Shown piece by piece: positions 1 to 11,100 of a stretch of DNA of 30,084 nt. Source of the DNA: an uncultured virus (IMG/VR IMGVR_UViG_3300007274_000042). Its lineage: Duplodnaviria > Heunggongvirae > Uroviricota > Caudoviricetes. The DNA lies in IMG/VR virus record IMGVR_UViG_3300007274_000042; one strand, given 5' to 3'. Every line of letters begins with the position of its first letter. Positions within the stretch are counted from its first letter, which is position 1. The notes beneath the pieces were generated by a model. That model was not told where the DNA came from, did not search any database, and worked only from the letters and a program-made list of their open reading frames with translations. Position numbers and translations under genes: made by a program.

Positions 1-117
1 GAGAGCCCTTCTGCTCGTTTGCTAGCCAAGTTGCAAACAGAAGGAAGCCTGACACCTCAAGAAGCTGATCAGCTTGAAGATGTACTGACAGCAACGTACT
101 CCAACATTGCTAAGTGA
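1..117 (+). CDS. 3' end of a hypothetical protein (partial)
   Basis: Frame 1 is open from base 1 (ESPSARLLAKLQTEG...SNIAK) to TGA at 115-117, 1 nt before the next ATG at 119. Confidence 0.6.
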   Translation, partial: ESPSARLLAKLQTEGSLTPQEADQLEDVLTATYSNIAK

Positions 118-118
118 C

Positions 119-616
119 ATGCAGTTATCTGAACACGAAAAATCAAAAGTCAGGTTCCACTTAGGAATTAACAGCGGTGCTCAGATCCCAGCAGGTGATC
201 GTTCCCGCATTGAGGAAGCGATGGCCTTGGTGCCTGATGAGCTTTGGTACAACGAGATCATTTATCACATCGGACGTTGCGATCGTGCTTGGAAAGCAAG
301 TGCTGCTATACCTGATGATTACTTTGAAGAAAACGGGACCAAACAGCTGAATCCGACACGACAAGAAATCATTGCAGGTGATGTCAACCGTTCAATCTCA
401 ACCTCAGACCCTCTCAAAGGAGACGAGTACTTCCGTGAGATCTACCTCAGAGAAGTCGATCGTCTTGCTGAAACTTTGTACGTTCCTAACTATCGACGCC
501 CTGAAGTACGTCGGTATTGTTTTGAAAGAGCTGGGTCGGAATTTATTATGGCTGTGCCAGGACCTGCGGATACTGCCGTCGGATCACGAATGATGTTACA
601 TAGTAGTTGGCGGTAA
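119..616 (+). CDS. Hypothetical phage protein, possibly head-tail connector-like
   Basis: ORF track 107..616; ATG at 119 preferred because it abuts the upstream stop. Function is guessed only from position and size. Confidence 0.7.
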   Translation: MQLSEHEKSKVRFHLGINSGAQIPAGDRSRIEEAMALVPDELWYNEIIYHIGRCDRAWKASAAIPDDYFEENGTKQLNPTRQEIIAGDVNRSISTSDPLKGDEYFREIYLREVDRLAETLYVPNYRRPEVRRYCFERAGSEFIMAVPGPADTAVGSRMMLHSSWR

Positions 617-650
617 GTGTAGAATAGGTTTAGGATTATTGGATTAGATT

Positions 651-1085
651 ATGAATGCCGTAACTAGTCACGGTGCGCCTAAGATTACGATGAATAGTGG
701 CGAGCAAGAATATCGCCAGAAGCTTAAGTCTGCCAAACAGACTCAAGGCAATCCGTACGTCGATGGTGTATATGACGTGTTTGCAGATGGCCCCGGTCAT
801 GCTGTAAGTGATAGCCGTACAAACTACGGTGCTCCTACTGTGATGCCTCAAACCATCATGGAAGGCGGTCACTCTAACTTTGAGCAGAAAGATACTCCTA
901 ATAATTCACCGACGAATATCTATACCAAGCAGACTGGATCCCAAGAGCTCGGTACTTCTGCTACTAGCAACCCGAACCAAGACCCTGAGCTGTTTGAGAC
1001 AAACGCTCTTGAGAAGCGTCTTGCTATGTACGCAAAAGCCGGTGGTAACGCCAACTTTGGCCTGAACAATCGCGCTGCTGTCTGA
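651..1085 (+). CDS. Hypothetical phage protein (low complexity)
   Basis: 144-aa ORF; TAGAAT -10-like hexamer at 620-625; stop overlaps the next start (TGATG). Confidence 0.7.
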   Translation: MNAVTSHGAPKITMNSGEQEYRQKLKSAKQTQGNPYVDGVYDVFADGPGHAVSDSRTNYGAPTVMPQTIMEGGHSNFEQKDTPNNSPTNIYTKQTGSQELGTSATSNPNQDPELFETNALEKRLAMYAKAGGNANFGLNNRAAV

Positions 1086-1624
1086 TGTCTAAAAGAACTA
1101 AATCACAAGAGAACGCAATGATGCTCGATCCGAATCGGGCAAAGATTGCTAAACAGAATGCTGTTCTCCCCGGTGGTCCCGAGAACAACAACCCAATGAA
1201 CGTCACCAGTATTGCTGACGGAACTGTGAGTGCTGAAAGCATCTACGGTGATTACAAACAACAGTACCCGCAGATGGGTGCTGGTGTAATTAACCCTCAA
1301 GGTGTTGGTCCTTCTGGTCTACAGCAGAACTTCCCTAAGGCACAGTTTGGTTTTAACCAACAGCCTTACGGGACACAGCAGCAGCCCAACGCATCAGGTA
1401 ACTCACCTGAATGGGAACTCATGGAAGGCGGTCGTCTCGCTGGTTATGGTAAAGCTCAAGGTCTACCCACCGCACCGATGGGACTCATCGGCGGTCCCCC
1501 AATTCCTGGTGCTCTGCCTGGCGCTATGCCTGGAACCTCTGGTCCACCACTCATGCCCGGTAACCAAGGCATCGTCCCCGGCTCAACCCCACAGAAAATC
1601 GGTAAGAAAGGAGGTAAAAAGTAA
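1085..1624 (+). CDS. Hypothetical Pro/Gly/Gln-rich protein with basic C-terminus
   Basis: 179-aa ORF coupled to both neighbours by stop/start overlaps. Confidence 0.75.
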   Translation: MSKRTKSQENAMMLDPNRAKIAKQNAVLPGGPENNNPMNVTSIADGTVSAESIYGDYKQQYPQMGAGVINPQGVGPSGLQQNFPKAQFGFNQQPYGTQQQPNASGNSPEWELMEGGRLAGYGKAQGLPTAPMGLIGGPPIPGALPGAMPGTSGPPLMPGNQGIVPGSTPQKIGKKGGKK

Positions 1625-2211
1625 TGGCATCAACTAGTACTAATAAGCAACCACTGCTTGTAGATCGCCCTTTCCTGAAGATTGTGGACACTAGCGGACT
1701 TCTGGTAGGCACCCTGCCTGCTGGTACTGCTGTGGATCCTCAGACAGCCGCTGGCGCATTGATGGTTGATTGCACTAAGAATGATGGTGCAATTGTTGAG
1801 CATCTGTGGACTATCGCTCGTGAACAGACAGTCGAGACATACGACGAAGATCCAGATACCGATCCTGACGCTACTGTTGGGATTTGGGGATATGTAGTCA
1901 ATTTCTATCTGTGCCCCTCCAACGTTGTCTTTGATCCAGCCAACGCATACTATATCTGTGGCATTGTTTCAGACACTCAAGAAGGTAGTCGAGTTCAGGC
2001 ATTCAACTTGCCTGAAGTCATTGCTCCTGTTGCTGGTGTAGGAAGTATTGAAGAAGATGGTGGCGAAGTGAAGCCAACACAGTTCCGTGCTCTGTACATT
2101 CCTAAAGGACAGTGCTTGTGGGCTTGTGCGGTTAAGCAGTACACAGTAGATGGCTCAGTCGATGATGCCGCATATACACCTCTTGCCTGCGCACAAGGCG
2201 GGTATTATTGA
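1624..2211 (+). CDS. Hypothetical phage protein, probably structural
   Basis: 195-aa ORF with TAATG and TGATG overlaps; beta-strand-like composition. Confidence 0.75.
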   Translation: MASTSTNKQPLLVDRPFLKIVDTSGLLVGTLPAGTAVDPQTAAGALMVDCTKNDGAIVEHLWTIAREQTVETYDEDPDTDPDATVGIWGYVVNFYLCPSNVVFDPANAYYICGIVSDTQEGSRVQAFNLPEVIAPVAGVGSIEEDGGEVKPTQFRALYIPKGQCLWACAVKQYTVDGSVDDAAYTPLACAQGGYY

Positions 2212-4184
2212 TGCCTAGGAAGGTTAATGGTTGGGGTGCGCCAGCTGGTAAAGCTTTCGCATTCAAGCCAATAAAACCTATTGAAAAAAGCTCTCCGTAT
2301 GGCGCAGCGGGTAACTACCCAAGCAGTCGTATGTACGGAACATCAGTCACTCGTTCAGTCGTTGAGAAATACGATATGGACAGTGACTGGGTTAAGTGGC
2401 GTAAAGGATATGAATACTATATGCAAGCAGCATGGGATGAGCTGGTTGTAGTGAACCCGTTCTTTGGAGTTGGTGGGAGACTAGATCCAGTACATCCTCT
2501 TGATCCAAATCCAGGAGATCAGTACACAAGGGCAGAACTATCGTCAGTGCTGTATCAGGGAACGGCGTATGAATTGCCGACACTGTTCTACGGCTGGGAG
2601 TTCCCAACGCAAGACGCTGATACCAACACTCACTATGTAGCTAAGCGTGAGCCGCAGGGTAACGCCAACCTTGGAACTATTAGTGAGGTATGGAATGATC
2701 CCATTAAATATAAGGACCAGAAAGCAAGCCGTGAGATCTGGGTCAAAGGCGTTCCAAACGTCAACGCACGTCTGCTCCTACAAATGGAAGGAGAACGTCT
2801 GTGGGATCAGGAGACTGAAGCCACACTAAAGATGGTGCTGACTGAAGATCAAAAGCCTGCTGTGTATAAGGGTAAGACGTTCCCTAAAACAACAGAGACA
2901 GACGGCCTCACTCTAGAAGCAACCACAGTCACATTGACGATACCAGTTGCTGATATTGAAGCAGGTACTCAAGAAGCCGGTAAGGAGTACACGATCGGTC
3001 AAGGACTAGCTAAGTTCAAAGCTACAAAGAGTGCTGACGGTATTCTTGATAATCCTGCGAACCTACTAGGTAACATCATCTTTGTGCCTGAGTTCTTCAT
3101 TGAACGATCGATTGATGATGTGCCTGGTGTCGTGTGGTCAGAAGTAGGGAATCCAGATTACTTTGGATTGGTTATACAAGATCAGATCTCTGCTAATGAA
3201 ATCTATTGTCTAGATCCAGGTGTGGAAACACTGCCTCCGTCAATGTACGACATCAGTACGTTGCCCACGTTGTTTAAAGCAGACAACGGGACACTGGGTC
3301 TATCCGGTACGTACATCTTGCAGAGAAAGCAGTACAACAGATTCTTCCCTAATAATTTTGTTACAGCAACACAGATTGAAGAGGTAGCAAACGAATTGTC
3401 TTACGCTATCTTGCCGTATACAATTGCTTCAGCAGAAATAAGAAACGGTAACTTAATCATCGAGTCCGTTCCATTCTCTTCTGAAATCAAGGTATATCCT
3501 GAACTAACAAATGAAGCGTATCTAGTATTCACTGATTACAGTTTCTGTAAATACCAGACGGAGTACAGAGACGACGTTACTGATGCTCCTGGTAAAGCAA
3601 TCCCAGGTGCGGGAATACCTGGAACAGCCAAACGGCCTACGGGTTGGACGAACATGTACTTAGACGTACAGCCATGGCAGGACGAGGTATTCACTACCGG
3701 CAATCCTATTGAGCCAGCTAACACGTACACTTGCTCGTGCCCTAACCATGCTCACGCAATTCTCGCAGCACCGCAAGCAACAGAGGATTTAGGTACACGG
3801 AAACAGAATAGGCAACGGCGTTACCCTTTACCTAGTGTCCAAGGTCTAGACCGTTGGCAAGGTCTAGGTGTAGAACAAGTATCAGGTAAGTTATCCAGTT
3901 GGGAAACAGCAGAGCATCGCTTAGGTCTAAGACTGTGTAAGCACGCTATTGCTGCTAGGTTTATCGAAAAGATCAGAGTGATTGAACCTAGTCAATACCC
4001 ATCATTAGAAACACGATTGAAGTTCGAAGAGAAACTACGAGAGGAGATCAATAAGTTTTCCTATGACTTCCGACTGAGCTACAGACGTAGTCAGATATCA
4101 CTCACAGAGATTGTGTTTGCCCTGGCTCAAGGCCTGAACCTTGATGGTATTGAGACTGCGTACGTACTCTTTAACACTTACTAA
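2211..4184 (+). CDS. Large hypothetical protein with C-terminal SWIM-type zinc finger
   Basis: YTCSCP (CxC, 3732-3740) ... LCKH (CxH, 3936-3944) fits SWIM CxC-x(n)-CxH with a long spacer; ATG at 2211 overlaps the upstream TGA. Confidence 0.7.
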   Translation: MPRKVNGWGAPAGKAFAFKPIKPIEKSSPYGAAGNYPSSRMYGTSVTRSVVEKYDMDSDWVKWRKGYEYYMQAAWDELVVVNPFFGVGGRLDPVHPLDPNPGDQYTRAELSSVLYQGTAYELPTLFYGWEFPTQDADTNTHYVAKREPQGNANLGTISEVWNDPIKYKDQKASREIWVKGVPNVNARLLLQMEGERLWDQETEATLKMVLTEDQKPAVYKGKTFPKTTETDGLTLEATTVTLTIPVADIEAGTQEAGKEYTIGQGLAKFKATKSADGILDNPANLLGNIIFVPEFFIERSIDDVPGVVWSEVGNPDYFGLVIQDQISANEIYCLDPGVETLPPSMYDISTLPTLFKADNGTLGLSGTYILQRKQYNRFFPNNFVTATQIEEVANELSYAILPYTIASAEIRNGNLIIESVPFSSEIKVYPELTNEAYLVFTDYSFCKYQTEYRDDVTDAPGKAIPGAGIPGTAKRPTGWTNMYLDVQPWQDEVFTTGNPIEPANTYTCSCPNHAHAILAAPQATEDLGTRKQNRQRRYPLPSVQGLDRWQGLGVEQVSGKLSSWETAEHRLGLRLCKHAIAARFIEKIRVIEPSQYPSLETRLKFEEKLREEINKFSYDFRLSYRRSQISLTEIVFALAQGLNLDGIETAYVLFNTY

Positions 4185-4212
4185 AATAGAGGAATGGTAT
4201 AAGTAGAACGCT

Positions 4213-6438
4213 GTGGCAAAAGCTATTACATACAACAACGCTGGAGTTGTAGAAGCAATTAAGCGCAACTCCGGTAGCACTAAGTTCTATCCGGCAAGTT
4301 TCCAAGGTATCATCCAAGCACTCGATGACTGGGAAGGTGGTAGCTCCGGTGGAGGTGGAGGCACTAATGTTCTCCCTGAAAATGGAGACCTGCCTAACAC
4401 CGGTAATACTGAAGGTGACCTCGTTGTTATTCCTAATGGCGACGGTGACTACTTTATGTATGTCTTCGCTAATGGTTCGTGGGAACGACTTCACATCACA
4501 ACAGAAGAAGTTGAAACCGCAGGATCAGCTCCGTTTGCGTTGGTCACTGATGACGGCGTGACCGTTAGAAACCAGAAGGAAATCAACGCTTACTTAGATG
4601 ATCGCATCACAACGCTGTCGGAGAAAGGATATGACGACGTTCCCATCAGAGAAGATCTTAGTGATCTAGAAGATAAAGTTGACCAAGAGATTGCGGACAG
4701 AATAGAAGGGGACCAAAACCTGCTTAAAGATATTGCTGCTGAGAACCTAGAACGAACAGAAGCAGATGCTGCCCTCCAGGATCAGATTGATGCACTGCCC
4801 GTAACGATTAACGATTCCCCACCAGCAGGTGAGGATGGAGACCTGTGGTTTGATTCAGACACAACCTTACAGCTGTTCGTGTCTTACAACGGTGATTGGG
4901 TCGTTGCTTCACCCCCAGTATCGACTGACGAAATTGAATCTATCGCTACGAACGCAGAAGCTAGAGCAGAAGAATCATTCCAGAAAGCAAGTGCCGTTCA
5001 ATTCCAACTGGACCAGCAGGCTGAGTTCATTAGGTGGGATCAAGAACGTCAGGACGGTATGATCCTTACTCTTGAGGAAGAGCTTGAACAGCTTGTGCCT
5101 TCCCTTGAGAGAGGCCTTTGGAATTACGATAGTGATGATAACTGGACTCCCGCTGGTAATTACATTCTGGTCAAAGAGTTTCTTGACGAAGACGACCAAG
5201 AAGCGCTGTGTAATTATGACTTTAACGCTTGCAAGTCTGCCTGCAATGGCGATCCAACGTGTGAGTCGCAATGCCTGCGTGCTTTCGATGCTTGCAAGGC
5301 AGCGATTGTCGGAGGTAGATGGGCTCTCACCAATAAGTGGGCTGAAGTACAAACTCTTGGAATTGCATATGAAGACGCACGAGGGATTGATCACACTTTT
5401 GATAATGTTAAGCCCGGAATGATTGTTGATATTTTTAATATTAATGATGAAGGCTTCATGTTCGCCGAGATTGAAAAAGTAAACAAAGGACCTGATGGCA
5501 TCTCAATTGAATTTAAATTACTCAGAAGTGCAGGGGTAGCTAATGGTCCAGCTACTATTAAATTCTTTGAACTTGAAGATAGTGTTGGAGGTGATGATCT
5601 AACCAACTTCGTCAGAAAGACTGGCGACACAATGGAGGGCACACTCAAGATTCAAAGTAAAAAGAATAACTTACAAATACTCCACATCCCAGCAATGGGG
5701 AATGTGAATGAGGTTCCCTTAGTCATCGCAAGGGATAAGACTGAAGGTGGAAGTATAGCTAGGTTTCAGATAGGTGAGCAACTACTCGACGGGACGTATA
5801 GGACTGAGGATGTACTCAAGATTAATAACAAGGGTCAGCTGGAGTGTCAAGACAACCGGATTACCATGCTCGGTGATGCTGAGGAAGCACATGATGCCGT
5901 CAATCTTCGCACTTTTGAGGATCGAGCAAATGCGACGTATGTTCGCAAGGATGGCGACACCATTGAAGGTGACATCGAATATCTCGGTGATATCACAGAC
6001 CCTGAGCACATCGTTAACAAAGCGTATGTACACGCGAAAGATAGTATTGACCAAGCTCCTTGGACACATGGTCCAGGATCTATGTTCCACCGGTTCTTAA
6101 AAACAAATGGCGCTGCTCCTGTAAAGGATAGAGACCAGTGGAAGCACGGCGTAGCTCATTATTACAGCAACAAATGGTCTTTTCACAATTACTCACTCAA
6201 TGACTGGACTTCGATAATATATGACAATAAGAGTTACTCACCTCCAACTTCTCAACCGTATTTCGTTTGGATCTGGCTGGCAAGCTCTGGCATATGGGCA
6301 AAGGCTGAAGCAGGTATGTGGAAGACTACAGGATGGAATGACAACTACTGCATTGAAATGCAGATAGAAAATCGTAAAGAGTTTAGGCCGATTAAAGACG
6401 GCGAAATTCTCTGTACTACCTTTGCTGGTTTTTGGTAA
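4213..6438 (+). CDS. Tail fibre-like virion protein
   Basis: 741 aa; acidic coiled-coil segments, a GDLWFDS module, fibre-type motifs FVRKTGDTMEG and HIVNKAYV; internal 6-Cys insert. Confidence 0.7.
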   Translation: MAKAITYNNAGVVEAIKRNSGSTKFYPASFQGIIQALDDWEGGSSGGGGGTNVLPENGDLPNTGNTEGDLVVIPNGDGDYFMYVFANGSWERLHITTEEVETAGSAPFALVTDDGVTVRNQKEINAYLDDRITTLSEKGYDDVPIREDLSDLEDKVDQEIADRIEGDQNLLKDIAAENLERTEADAALQDQIDALPVTINDSPPAGEDGDLWFDSDTTLQLFVSYNGDWVVASPPVSTDEIESIATNAEARAEESFQKASAVQFQLDQQAEFIRWDQERQDGMILTLEEELEQLVPSLERGLWNYDSDDNWTPAGNYILVKEFLDEDDQEALCNYDFNACKSACNGDPTCESQCLRAFDACKAAIVGGRWALTNKWAEVQTLGIAYEDARGIDHTFDNVKPGMIVDIFNINDEGFMFAEIEKVNKGPDGISIEFKLLRSAGVANGPATIKFFELEDSVGGDDLTNFVRKTGDTMEGTLKIQSKKNNLQILHIPAMGNVNEVPLVIARDKTEGGSIARFQIGEQLLDGTYRTEDVLKINNKGQLECQDNRITMLGDAEEAHDAVNLRTFEDRANATYVRKDGDTIEGDIEYLGDITDPEHIVNKAYVHAKDSIDQAPWTHGPGSMFHRFLKTNGAAPVKDRDQWKHGVAHYYSNKWSFHNYSLNDWTSIIYDNKSYSPPTSQPYFVWIWLASSGIWAKAEAGMWKTTGWNDNYCIEMQIENRKEFRPIKDGEILCTTFAGFW

Positions 6439-6444
6439 CTAATC

Positions 6445-7872
6445 ATGGCTTTTATTTTCCCCGACGACAAAAAAGACTTCAAAGCTCCTAACGGAATTAC
6501 TTATACGTACTACGACGGTGCGTGGATGGTAAAGAGCTATGGAGAAAAGCTTGACCTATCTTCTTATGTTCAACAGGATGTGTTTGATGCTGACCAATCC
6601 AGGCAAGACACTGAAATTGCTAATGAAGCAGCAATTAATGAAACACAGTCAGATCAAATTAATTTACTTGAAACACAAATCCAGCTGCTCGCTAAAGCAC
6701 AAGTAGCGGGCCGCTGGAACTACGTCAGAAATATTAGCGGCGGCAGCGTTAGACCACCTGCAACTAAAACGTTCTTCGGAACACACACGGACGGAGCAGA
6801 GGTTGTACTGCGGGACTGGGTTGATGCTCGCTTGTTGATGATCAGTAAGACTGATTTAACCGATACAGTATATACGTTTACTGACTTTGAAGAAGGCGAC
6901 AAGGTAGAGATCCTTGCTACTGACGGTTCAAGTGCTTGCTACGGAACAGTTACAAACCAGCCAACACAAGAAGCGTACGGCAACCTAGTCATTGCTGTGG
7001 AGCGTTCAACTAGTGGCCCGAGAGACGACAAAGAATATATTCTCAGTGTCTATCGGCCAGGTGCTGTAGGTGGTGAGGTTGACCTAGACATCCTTGATGG
7101 TCGCTATCTTGTTAAGACTGGCGATACTATGACTGGTCAACTTAAACTAGAACAAACACAACTGGCAGCAGTTAAAGCGGACGGAACTCAACAGTATAAA
7201 ATTAATCCAAATGCTGGTGATTATTACACTAATATTTACTCATTTAATTGTGCAGATGGAGGCGGCGGTGTACGTCTTAGAGTTACTCCTGGTAACAATA
7301 CTGAAGGCTATAAGACATTCCTTCAAGCTACTTTTAAAGATAATATTATTGATGGTACTAATCACGGAGTTGAAACTCAACTTAACTGGCTGAGAACACC
7401 TACAGCAAATCATCACGCAGCTAACAAACAGTATGTAGACGACGCAGTTGATGGCGCAGCGGGAATGGTACTAAACCTCTGGACTTACAGAGGACAAAAA
7501 AACAGCTCAAGTGGTCTAAATGACGGAGAGTTTGGATCTAAGAAAATGGCAGATGGTGTCTTAGAGCTGTACCTGGCAGAAAAGAATTCTCAGGGACAGA
7601 TTTACCATCCCACCCGGCCTAACAGCACTGCTGAGTATTACCACCAAATAACGGATTCACGTCAAGAAGGGTCACCGATGACCGTTACGGACAAATACGG
7701 AAGATGCCTGTGGTATGCAGAGACGAAGAAAATTGTCTTCAACAAAGGTGGTAGCAGTGGCGTTATGGTTGAGGCCATAAAATATAGAGCCCAATTCGAT
7801 AATTTGGTTGATGGAGATCAATACATGCTGAATGTTGCTGGCTTTCTTTCCCCAGTATCGGGATGGTCCTAG
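6445..7872 (+). CDS. Tail fibre-like virion protein
   Basis: 475 aa; YLVKTGDTMTG and HAANKQYVD fibre motifs; shares modules with the 4213 and 11693 genes. Confidence 0.7.
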   Translation: MAFIFPDDKKDFKAPNGITYTYYDGAWMVKSYGEKLDLSSYVQQDVFDADQSRQDTEIANEAAINETQSDQINLLETQIQLLAKAQVAGRWNYVRNISGGSVRPPATKTFFGTHTDGAEVVLRDWVDARLLMISKTDLTDTVYTFTDFEEGDKVEILATDGSSACYGTVTNQPTQEAYGNLVIAVERSTSGPRDDKEYILSVYRPGAVGGEVDLDILDGRYLVKTGDTMTGQLKLEQTQLAAVKADGTQQYKINPNAGDYYTNIYSFNCADGGGGVRLRVTPGNNTEGYKTFLQATFKDNIIDGTNHGVETQLNWLRTPTANHHAANKQYVDDAVDGAAGMVLNLWTYRGQKNSSSGLNDGEFGSKKMADGVLELYLAEKNSQGQIYHPTRPNSTAEYYHQITDSRQEGSPMTVTDKYGRCLWYAETKKIVFNKGGSSGVMVEAIKYRAQFDNLVDGDQYMLNVAGFLSPVSGWS

Positions 7873-7909
7873 CAACTGAGCTAAACTAACAATAACTCGC
7901 AGAGTATAT

Positions 7910-8128
7910 ATGTTATCTCCAGATGCTTTTGAACTAAGTATGGAAGCGCAACTCAAGATGCGCGTAATCACAGACGAAGTTGAGAACTGTACAAACATCG
8001 ATGAACTGAGAGAGCAGTTGCTTGCTAGCGCCAAACTGATTATGCGCTACCAGCAGATGCTCAATTCTGTTCTAAAAGAAGTCATCGAACGGGATCTATC
8101 AGAATTTGTTGACGCCCAAAAAATGTAA
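7910..8128 (+). CDS. Small helical hypothetical protein
   Basis: 72-aa ORF filling the intergenic space; TAAACT hexamer at 7882. Confidence 0.7.
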   Translation: MLSPDAFELSMEAQLKMRVITDEVENCTNIDELREQLLASAKLIMRYQQMLNSVLKEVIERDLSEFVDAQKM

Positions 8129-8175
8129 ACTAGATATAGCAAGTTCTTACTTGTGGTTTATAGCTTGTTAGCGCA

Positions 8176-11100
8176 ATGGGAAAACTACAAATTAAGCGTT
8201 CGAATGTAATTGAGAACGGTAAGGCTAAGGAGCCAACTCCCCCGTTGATGGAGTATGGCGAACTAGCTATAAACTACAACGCAGATGATCCTGTCATCTT
8301 TATCAAGAACCACCTAGGTGAAATCATCCGGCTGGTATCTCCTGGCCAAGATGGACTGAAAGGAAGCAAAGGTGATAAAGCAGACAAAGGTGAGAAAGGA
8401 GAGGTGGGCCTTAAAGGTCAGAGAGGTAGTGAAGGTATCAAAGGTTCGAAGGGTCAGCGAGGGATTGAAGGACAGCGAGGCTTCCAAGGAATAAAAGGTA
8501 TTAAAGGTGGACGTGGTGACGACGGTCAGAAAGGTGCTCGTGGTGAGAAAGGCAACCGTGGAGTCAAGGGTGCTCAAGGCGTAGGTATTGACGGAAAGAA
8601 AGGTCAGAAAGGAGCTAAGGGCACGAAGGGTGCGCCTACCATTGTTGGTGAAATTATTGAGATCATTTCAGGCTCAGGACCTCCGACTAACGTCTGCAAC
8701 ACGAACGGCAACATCGTTATTGATGGCGACAGCAATGCTTGGATCTGTCTTGACGGACAGTGGAACAACATTGGTGAAATTGTTGGACCTCCAGGTGCTA
8801 CTGGAGACAAAGGTCAGAAAGGTGGTAAAGGTATTAAAGGCCTTAAAGGTGAGATCGGCGGTGCTGGTTCATCTGGTGTTAAAGGCGAACGCGGTGATAA
8901 AGGCATCGCAGGAGAGAAAGGCAATGAAGGAGACAAAGGAAATAAAGGTGCTCTTGGTACAGCAGGTGGCGAAGGCCCTAAAGGACTCAAGGGTCAAGAT
9001 GGTCCGAAAGGTAACAAGGGTGCCTTAGGTAACACAGGTGGTGATGGCGAGAAAGGTATCAAAGGTCAGAAAGGTGAAGAAGGTAAAGAAGGTCCCCAAG
9101 GGTATGGCGACAAAGGCATCAAAGGTAACCGGGGCGCGAAAGGTTTCAAAGGTACCGTTGGTCAAAAAGGCATCAAAGGACAAAAAGGAGACAAAGGTAT
9201 TGACGGAGTCATCGGCTCTATCGATGGTGTCGTCAAAGGAGATGGACCCCCAACATCAGGCGAGTGCACTGTTGAAGGTGAAATCCTCGTTGATGAAAGT
9301 GGTGTTGCTTGGCGCTGCGACGGTGCTGGTACTTGGGAAAAACTCGGTACCGTCACTGGGGCACCTGGCCCCAAAGGTCTCAAAGGTGACGCTGGAGAAA
9401 AAGGCGAGCGTGGAGTAAAAGGTACCGACGGTACTCACGGTGATAAAGGTGCTGACGGCGAGCCTGGTGAGAAGGGCAACCAAGGCGTCAGAGGTGAAGA
9501 AGGCGACAAAGGTAATAAAGGTAGTAAAGGTATTGGTGAGAAAGGAAGTGTTGGTGAGAAAGGCGTTAAAGGGAGCAAAGGTAAAGTTGGCTCAGAAGGT
9601 CAAGAAGGTGAACAAGGTACGAAAGGACAAAAAGGTGAGCGCTCAAACGTTGAGGGACCTAAAGGAGAGCAAGGGGTAATCGGACCCAGTGGTCCTAAGG
9701 GTCAAGGTCAGAAAGGAAATAAAGGACCTGAAGGACCTGACGGCCCTAAAGGAAGTAAGGGGCCTCAAGGCAGTAAAGGTCCACGTGGTGTTAAAGGTGA
9801 GAAGAGTGATGTAGCAGGACCTAAAGGACCTCCAGGCATCAAAGGCGCGAAAGGTGCTGCCGGTCAAAACGGTAGTGACGGAGACGAGGGTGAGAAAGGT
9901 AACAAGGGGAATAAGGGAGCCAAAGGAGTAGAAGGCCGTGAAGGTAAAGGCCTTGAATGGGACAGCCTGCCCCCTGACGTACAAAAAGGACTGAAAGGCA
10001 TTGAAGGACCTAAAGGTAACAAAGGTCAGAAGGGTGAGCTTGGTGCTGACTTTCAATATGATGACTTCACACCTGAGCAACTTGAAGCACTAAAAGGTGA
10101 GCAAGGAATCAAAGGGAACAAAGGACAGAAGGGATCTAAAGGCCCTCGCTTTGAATTTGAAGATTTCACACCGGAAGATCGTAATGACCTCAAAGGTGAG
10201 AAAGGTCAGAAGGGTGAGCAGGGTAGTGAGTTTAAATATGACGACTTCACACCTGCTCAGCTTGAAGCTCTGAAAGGACAGAAAGGAGATAAAGGAATTA
10301 CAGGTGATAAGGGTCAGAAAGGTGAAGAGTTTGCTTATGACGACTTCACACCTGCTCAGCTTGAAGCTCTGAAAGGACAGAAAGGTAAGCCTGGCGATGG
10401 AGCCAGTGTTGAAGTTGGCCCATTGCCTCCTGATGGATCTGAAGAAGGTGACCTCTGGTGGGATGATGAATCAGGCATCCTGTTTGTTTGGTATGAAGAT
10501 GACGACAGCTCCCAGTGGGTCCAAGCATCTCCTCCTACACAAGGACCAAAAGGTGAACCCGGTGGTGCCTTTGGTGATTTAACACCAGAACAACTCGATT
10601 CAATTAAAGGTGAGAAGGGCGAGTACGGTGAAACTGGAGAGAANNNNNNNNNNNNNNNNNNNNNNNNNNNNNNNNNNNNNNNNNNNNNNNNNNNNNNNNN
10701 NNNNNNNNNNNNNNNNNNNNNNNNNNNNNNNNNNNNNNNNNNNNNNNNNNNNNNNNNNNNNNNNNNNNNNNNNNNNNNNNNNNNNNNNNNNNNNNNNNNN
10801 NNNNNNNNNGTGAGAAGGGTGAGTACGGTGATCAAGGTGATGCTTTCACTTGGGATGACTTCACTAATGAGCAACTAGAGTCACTCAAAGGTGAGAAAGG
10901 TATTCCAGGACTTGATTTCATTTACGATGATTTCACACCAGAACAACTGAATTCAATCAAAGGTGAGAAGGGTGAACAAGGAAGTATCTTTGGTGACCTA
11001 ACTCAACCTGAGCTCGACAGTATTAAAGGTGAAAAAGGTGCACGAGGTCCTCAAGGCCCCCAAGGTCCTCAAGGTCCTCAAGGCCCAGGCGGCCCAGGTG

